From NCBI GenBank assembly GCA_010093605.1, contig MU004186.1, forward strand, positions 2,150,616 through 2,214,615: a stretch of 64,000 nucleotides of DNA, in the 5' to 3' direction. Positions 56,957 through 64,000 of the stretch are shown here, one piece after another; positions within the stretch are counted from its first letter, which is position 1, and each line of letters opens with the position of its first letter. The notes below the pieces were generated by a model. That model was not told where the DNA came from. It made no database searches and saw only the letters and a list, made by a program, of their open reading frames with translations. The position numbers and the translations under genes are program-made. Source of the DNA: Lophium mytilinum (Eukaryota).

Positions 56957-58391
56957 CAGACAATGAATGTGACGCAGACTGAAGAGAAGTTTGAAAGGAG
57001 TTTATGTAGTAATTTGTACATGTATATAAGATAAAGGCTAAGCGAAAGCCATGTGTGCATATAAAGAAATGAAGTCCGCCACGCCTACCTCAATGGATCT
57101 GTCCACCTACGTACGTACCCCCAGCACTCCACGAGTGGACCCAATTGGCTCGGAGGCCGCCAGTCACTATCCTCCCTTAGGCTATGATTAGGTTAGATAG
57201 GTATGAGCTGTTGACATGGTCGGCGACATAGCTCCGGACCCACGCGCCATCCCACGCAGTGCTACGGTCGGCAGCAAACAGCAGCATACCGGCAGCGTGT
57301 TGCTAGTACCTCTTCCAAGGCATGAGGCTTCAGTCTTGTGTGGCTTGCCAAAAGCGAGGGTCTCAGGCCTACGTGACGTTCCGATTACGAGGCTGATCAG
57401 ATGGGTTTCCGCATCATTCACGGCATGCCAATTTGCATCGCGTTCTGCATTACAACGTGAGCCAAGACTCCGTGCGTGCTAAGCATCACACCGTCCCGTA
57501 AGTGCTCTTAGCGGGCCGTGTTGCTCGGACGGTTCGGGGCGCCATCGCCGGCCGATTTTCCCTAGGTACTACCTCGCCGATGTGGAGTGAATGAACGGCG
57601 ACGTAAATTCGGCTAGAACTCCGCCCTACCGCGATGATTTGGAATCTTCAATGAGAGGCGTGTTAGAATTGAATAGTAATCCTGTATACTAGTGGAAGGC
57701 ACATGTTCTCACGACATGAGAGCAATGTCAGAGGTGACAAAAGAAACCCGAACCGTCAACTCCAAATATCTGAAGATGGTGGTATTTGCTTAGTCATATC
57801 ATATTGACCAATCAAATCCCCGAAAATAAAAGAGGTCGGCGATCTCATACTCGGTCCTGGGCATAAATGTTTCATATTCAAGCAACGGAGAGAGCGCACC
57901 TACTTGTCGTAGATGTTTTTGGCCAGGTTCGCAAAAGGTAAGCTTAGGTCGGCTAGCTGGGAGCCACGTGATGCCCAGAGTCAATATTCGGATGCTCGGC
58001 TCAACAGAGCATTCGTTGAGAATATATGTACTGCACAACCTAATTGGAAGCCATCATCTTATACTACATTTGAAACAGATCTGAGGTGAGATCGGGTATC
58101 GTAGAATTGGGTGTTTTACATTCTGCAGCGTTGCAGAAAATACAATTATCCAAGTCCATTCGCTTGGTGCAGCCATCTATAGCTAGAACGCCATCCATCA
58201 CGCCCGAGCGATGCCTTTTGTTGCTGGCTCCTGGTATAATCTGGGAACGGGTAGGCACGTTGTTCGGAAGTGTTAGGCTTTGTAGAGGTAGCTCTCGATC
58301 AGCTCTAGAAATCCAACCAGGCGAACCCGTTGTTGTTTCCTGATCAATTGAGGAGAGCACAGAAAACCCCGCAGATATTAGATATCCTAGC

Positions 58392-58895
58392 TCAGGCTTT
58401 CTCAGAGTCTTCCTTCGGCGTTTTCGGGTTTGGATTCCTCATACTCGGTTGCAATTGCGCGCCGCTGTGGGTCCAAATAGAGCCTGCGAGGCCGTTATAC
58501 CAGTCTCGTATCTACACGGGTTAGTCTTTAGCTTCCATGTGTCTCCTTAGCATCACTTACCCCTTTGAACGGCGTGTCCTCTTTGCCCCAATCCATGAAC
58601 AACACTCCGTAAACCAGCACAACTTTGTCCATTTAGCCATTGCACACCTCGGAAGGCCGTAAGCCTACGTACATATTATTATCCCGTTCTGTGCCAGCTT
58701 GACACCCTTTGTCCATCTCGGCCTCGCCCATGCTAACTTGGCCCGCCGCTTGTATCGCCGTTCGAGGCGGAACTGGTGCTTCGGTGACATGTTGTCAAAA
58801 TTGGGCGGCCATATCTTCTTTGCTTTGTGGGGATTCGACGCGAAGTTGAACGGCTTCGGAGCTTCGGCAGCTCCTCGCGCCAGTGTTCGGAGCAT
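58392..58895 (-). CDS. Small fungal protein, probably mitochondrial, with one TM helix; 3 exons
   Basis: MLRTLAR presequence-like start; NPHKAKKIWPPNF...QFRLERRYKRRAKLAWARPRW. Spliceable exons give VVLVYGVLFMDW and IRDWY...EKA*. Confidence 0.75.
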
Positions 58896-59003
58896 TGCGA
58901 TGGCAGGTGTGTCACAACCGTTGAAGCCGTTGACGGAGCATCTCGAGATCCAGGGACGTCAGGAACTAGTTTTCTGCAGCCAATGAGAACGCGTTTGGCA
59001 GAA

Positions 59004-59034
59004 TGACTCACCGCTTTGCGGGCAACTTTGACTC
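59004..59034. promoter_or_regulatory. Gcn4/CPC-1 elements upstream of LeuRS
   Basis: TGACTCA at 59004-59010 and TGACTC at 59029-59034 in the short divergent promoter. Confidence 0.6.
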
Positions 59035-59237
59035 CCCCACATCCAAACATTTTTCGGAGGCTGCAACATCGATACTCCACCTTCCACTCTCTTTCTAAAA
59101 TCTAGTTCTTCTACCAGGACTTGACTAAAGCCCCGGAGCTTGGTTATCTTACACCGTATCCTCGGACAACCCTTTTGGGGTCTCAATGGTCTGATAGACA
59201 GCTTTCATCCCACTCCGAGGCAAAATTCAGTCCAATC

Positions 59238-62200
59238 ATGGCGGAAGTCCCAGTTCGAGACAGCGTGCCGCAATCGGCAGTGAAGGCCACTCTTACAGTC
59301 TTGGACCCGGAGCATAGTAGCTCGAAAACGCTGAAGATTGAGAACACAGAGAAGAGAGATGACTTGATAGCCGTTGAAAAGAAGTATCAAAAGCTTTGGG
59401 CAGATCAACATGTCTTCGAACCTAATGCACCAACTTTCGAAGAAGCACCATTCGAGTCTACCACTCCAGATGAACTCCACTCCAAATTCCCCAAGTGGTT
59501 CGGCACCATGGCGTATCCATACATGAACGGAACCCTCCATGCCGGCCACAGCTTCACCGCTAGCAAGGTCGAGTTTGGTGCTGGCTTCGCTAGAATGCAG
59601 GGCAAACGCGCTCTTTTCCCGCTGGGCTATCATGTCACAGGTATGCCTATCAAGGCGTGCGCTGACAAGCTGGTTCGAGAAATCGAGATGTTTGGACCTA
59701 CATTCGAGAAGTGCCCGGTCGAGGACATCCTGGACGAGAATAAGGAGGAACCCCCAGCTCCTGCCCAGGAAGCGAAGACTGATATGAGCAAGTTCACTGC
59801 GAAGAAGGGAAAGGCCGCAGCCAAGTCAGTCAAGACAAAGTATCAGTTCCAAATCTTGCTCGCCCAAGGAATCCCGCTGGAGGAGATACACAAATTCTCG
59901 GATCCCCAACATTGGTTACACTTTTTCCCACCGCTAGCAAAGCGCGATTTGACGAATTTCGGAGCTCGCATAGATTGGAGACGACAGTTTGTGACTACCG
60001 ACGCGAACCCATACTACGACTCGTTCGTGTGCTGGCAAATGCGGAAGCTCAAGGAGATGGGCAAGATAAAATTTGGCAAGCGCTACACTATCTACAGTCC
60101 CAAAGATGGACAGGCATGTCTCGACCACGATAGACAGTCAGGAGAAGGCGTACCCGTGCAGGAGTACACTGCACTGAAGCTAAAGGTGAAGGAGTGGCCG
60201 GAATCTGCTCAAAAGATCCTAGAGGGCAAATTGCCCAAGGACGCCAACGTCTATTTCGTTCCTGCAACCCTGAGTATGTAGCAACATCTTGTATGAATTA
60301 CAAACCGCTTACGATTCATAGGGCCGGAGACTATGTATGGCCAAACATGCTGCTTTGTCGGCCCCAAGATCAAATAGTGAGCATACAGTTCTTAGGAATG
60401 GTTTAAGTCTTTACTAATTGCCAACAGTGGAATATTCAAAGTTTCAGACAACGAGTACTTCTTTCTAAGTCAGCGAGCAGCCCGGAACATGAGTTTCCAG
60501 AACATTTTCCCAGAATGGGGTGTATTTCCTCAGGTCGCCGAGCTCATTGGGTCTGATGTCGTGGGAACACTCATCAACGCACCCTTGTCTGTCCATACCG
60601 AAGGCGTTCGTATCTTGCCCATGGAGACTGTCAAAGATACGAAAGGAACAGCTGTTGTCACATCAGTCCCCAGCGACTCACCAGATGACTATGCTACCGT
60701 CACTGATCTTGCTAAGAAGGCGGATTACTATGGAATCAAGAAGGAGTGGGCTGAGCTCGAGATCATACCAATTATCAGTACTCCAGCTTACGGCAACCTC
60801 ACCGCGCCTGCCCTGGTCAAGGAACTCAAAATTCAGAGCCCGAAGGATACTAAGAAGCTTGAGGAAGCCAAGGAGAAGGCCTACAAGGAAGGCTTCTACA
60901 AGGGTACCATGCTTATTGGCGAGTTCAAGGGCAAGCCAGTAGAGGAAGCCAAGGCCCTCGTTCGGCAGGTGTTGATCGACTCTGGTGACGCTTTCAATTA
61001 CGCTGAACCAGATGGATTGGTAAGTCTAGTTTCTACACACTTCACTGGATTGCCTGTACTAACGGTTGCAGGTCATGTCTCGATCGGGTGATGTCTGTGT
61101 AGCGGCAAACCTGGACCAATGGTACATGAACTATGGGCTCAACGGGGACAAGGAATGGGCAGAGACTGTACTTGGCCATATCAAGGGCGACTTGAACACC
61201 TATTACCCTGAAGCACGCCATGCTTTCACCCAGGTTATTTCCTGGCTCTCACATTGGGCCGTCAGTAGGTCATATGGTCTTGGCACAAAACTACCTTGGG
61301 TCAGTATTTTGTCGTTTCTCATTTAGTATATCCTGTACTAATTCTGTCTAGGATCCCGCCGTCATGGTCGAGTCTCTCTCCGACTCTACCATCTACCAAG
61401 CATACTACTCGTTCGCACACCTTCTCCACAAAGACCTTTACGGCAAGGAAATCGGATCCCTCGGAATCAAGCCAGACCAGCTTACTGACGATGCCTGGGA
61501 TTACGTCTTCGCGCGTCGAGACGATCTTGACTTTGAGACTACAATCGATAAGAAGGCTCTGGAAACAATGCGGCGTCAATTCGATTACTGGTACCCACTA
61601 GACATTCGGACATCAGGCAAAGATCTCATTCAAAATCATCTGACCTTCAATCTCTACGTTCACGCTGCGATCTTCAAGAAACAGAACTGGCCTCGGAGTT
61701 TCCGAGTGAACGGGCATCTGATGCTGAATGGAGAGAAGATGAGCAAGAGCACGGGCAATTTCTTGACCCTTGAGCAGGCAGTCGACAAGTTCGGCGCAGA
61801 CGCAACTCGAATAGCTCTTTCGGATGCTGGTGACAGTCTGGAAGATGCCAACTTTGATGAGTCTGTGGCCAATAGTGCGATTCTAAAACTGTACGAGCTG
61901 AAGAAGTGGTGCGAAGAGATGGTTCATGATGCCAAGATCGTGGCAGATGGAGAAGAGTACAAGCATGTCCGCGACGATGAGGGCAAGAAGTTCAAGAACA
62001 TTGACGCTATACAACGAAAGTCAGGTTCTCCATTCTTGCTTTGGGATAAGATGTTCGACAACGAGATGAACTCTCTAGTAATCGACACGAGGCAAAACTA
62101 TGAGGCAACGATGTATAAACTAGCGTTGAAGACTGGATACTACGACTTCACCGCTGCGAGAGACTTCTACCGGGAGGCCACTAAGGCTGCTGGTCTAGGA

Positions 62201-63045
62201 ATGCACGAGGATCTCGCGAGGCGATTCAGTAAGTATCCCTTTGATTTTTCTCGATAATCCCGCCACTAACGCCCCCCTAGTTGAACTCCAAGCCCTTCTT
62301 CTCACTCCAATTGCTCCCCATTTCGCCGACTACATCTGGCAGGAGGTCCTGAAGAAGGACGAGACCATCCAAAATGCTCTCTTCCCCAAAGTCCAAGAGC
62401 CGATTCCAGGCCTCACCGCCGCCCGCGAGTACGTTCGCACAACATCGTCAAACATCACCTCCGCGGAAGGTGCTCAAGTGAAACGACTGGCGAAGGGCAA
62501 GACTGCTTTGTTCGACCCCAAAAAAGGTCAGCCCTCCAATTGTTCCGTCTGCATTCTGCAGATGCCCTCCATGATTAGTAATGGTAATGATGCTAACTGA
62601 TCCTTTCCCTAAAGACAAGAAAATCACAATCTTCGCCGCAACCGCATACCCTGCTTGGCAAACCAAATACATCGACCTCGTCCGCTCCTCCTACCCTGCC
62701 CTTGATATCAAGTCCATTTCGAAGTCTGTCGACAAGGCCGAAAGCAAGAAGGCTATGCCGTTCATCAACGGCCTCAAGCGTCGCCTCGATAACGGCGAGG
62801 CGGCTGAGTCTGTTCTGAATCGCAAACTGGAGTTCGATGAGTTGGACACGTTGAAGGCAATGGTGCCCGGCTTGAAGCAGACAATTAGGCACTGCAAGAT
62901 TGTGGAGATTGTGAGTGTGAATGAGGGAGGCCAGAGTGGGACGGTAGTAGTAGGAGAGGGCGAGGAAGAGAAGCGGGAGGGACTGCCGCAGAATGCGGCC
63001 GGTGCGGAGCCGGGAAGTCCGAACTTCTTGTTTGAGAATATTTGA
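59238..63045 (+). CDS. CDC60: Cytosolic leucyl-tRNA synthetase; multi-exon
   Basis: [13 protein letters not shown] (HIGH motif), [12 protein letters not shown] across an intron, editing-domain [25 protein letters not shown]-terminal AEPGSP. Confidence 0.97.
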
Positions 63046-64000
63046 GGGTGAGAGGGGCTTGTGAGGGAGTCTGTGGTGTGTCTCTAAAACTGTTGCTGGT
63101 GCTGTAGGTAGGGGCGTCCCTAATTGAGGCGTGAAGGCATAGGGAGTGATTAGGGTATCAAAGAAATGAAGAAATAAACTTGCTAAATGGAGATAGGTGA
63201 TCCCTGACCCTGTGACGTTTCTGGGACAAATTAGGTTCCTTGGAGGCCACAGCGAATATGCCAGGACCAGCATCCTGCATTCTACAACCTGCATCCACAG
63301 CCGGCACCCGCAGTGACGGGAGCCTCCATCCCACCAGATGCGTATGCCGGGATCTGCATCTGTATCCATCCACAATCTGAAACGTGCACCTGCGGCTTGC
63401 ATCCACGACGGGCATCTCTCCCTGTAAGATCATAGGTCGAAAACACGTGGGAGTCACATGACGTGAGGATCCGGAAGGTATATAAACACCTTCCTGCTTT
63501 TCAACCATGGAGCAACGGGAGGGATGGGAAACAAAAAACAGTACTACCAAAGTTCGATAATGGTCCTTTGGGGTTCGTGCTGTCAAAATCATGAACGGAA
63601 GGAAACATTTGATGGTACTGGAGGGAAATCAACACTGCATCGAACCAATCGCGAATGGTGTCTACTGCAAAACTAGGCTCGCAGTGCCCAATGTGGGGGA
63701 GGGGTGGTTGCATTCTACTCCATGATTTCTATCTCTTTGGTCCGCTGCTGGATAACACCAACAGGAAACCTGGCCCGCTGTCGCCATCAATACCGTGTGT
63801 ACAGGGGCATCAGGGAGGAGGATGAAGAGCATCATTGGATGAATGCAATACACCACTTGAACCTCCCGCATTGCCGGCACGCCACATCAGGATATACTTC
63901 ATTCTCTTTTTGACCCAACAACCAGCCAAATCAGGCCACATGTAATGCGATCACCCTGTCGGTTTGATCCACCCCAATTTCCAAGCCATAAGAGAGGTTG

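Noticed and set aside
59121..59237. TTG-initiated extension of LeuRS as a mitochondrial presequence
   Set aside because: It is not Arg-rich or amphipathic, the start context is weak, and fungi encode a separate mitochondrial LeuRS.
62593..63402. 269-aa minus-strand ORF
   Set aside because: Antisense shadow of the last LeuRS exon with no recognisable motifs.

Overview
Eukaryotic, intron-containing DNA from a filamentous ascomycete (inferred from short GT-AG introns with CTAAC/CTGAC branch sites, a fused tryptophan synthase and fungal orthologues). Most of the window is housekeeping genes: PFS2/WDR33, a DGAT1/ARE-type MBOAT, tryptophan synthase, a flavin amine/L-amino-acid oxidase, a BAR-SH3 protein, a DUF2439 (Mte1/Dbl2-like) protein, NSE4, VPS34, APP1, an SDR, LSM1, an intron-containing tRNA, a YeeE/YedE protein and cytosolic LeuRS. 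An accessory-looking island of about 16 kb (4.8-20.9 kb) lies between the MBOAT and tryptophan synthase genes. It holds three BCS1-like AAA+ ATPase paralogues: one intact, one inverted pseudogene with an in-frame TAG, and one split by a 573-bp hAT-type MITE with a perfect 8-bp TSD whose removal restores an 845-aa ORF. It also holds a protein with an SHD1-like tail and a tandem set of small Cys-motif genes, two with N-acylation motifs, preceded by duplicated upstream sequence. Other notable points are two inferred GC-AG introns, a tRNA with a Glu-like body but a Val (TAC) anticodon, a possible GUG-initiated APP1 extension, and Gcn4/CPC-1 sites at the Trp synthase and LeuRS genes. Family assignments come from motif recognition by eye, not database searches. 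Exon boundaries are manual predictions.
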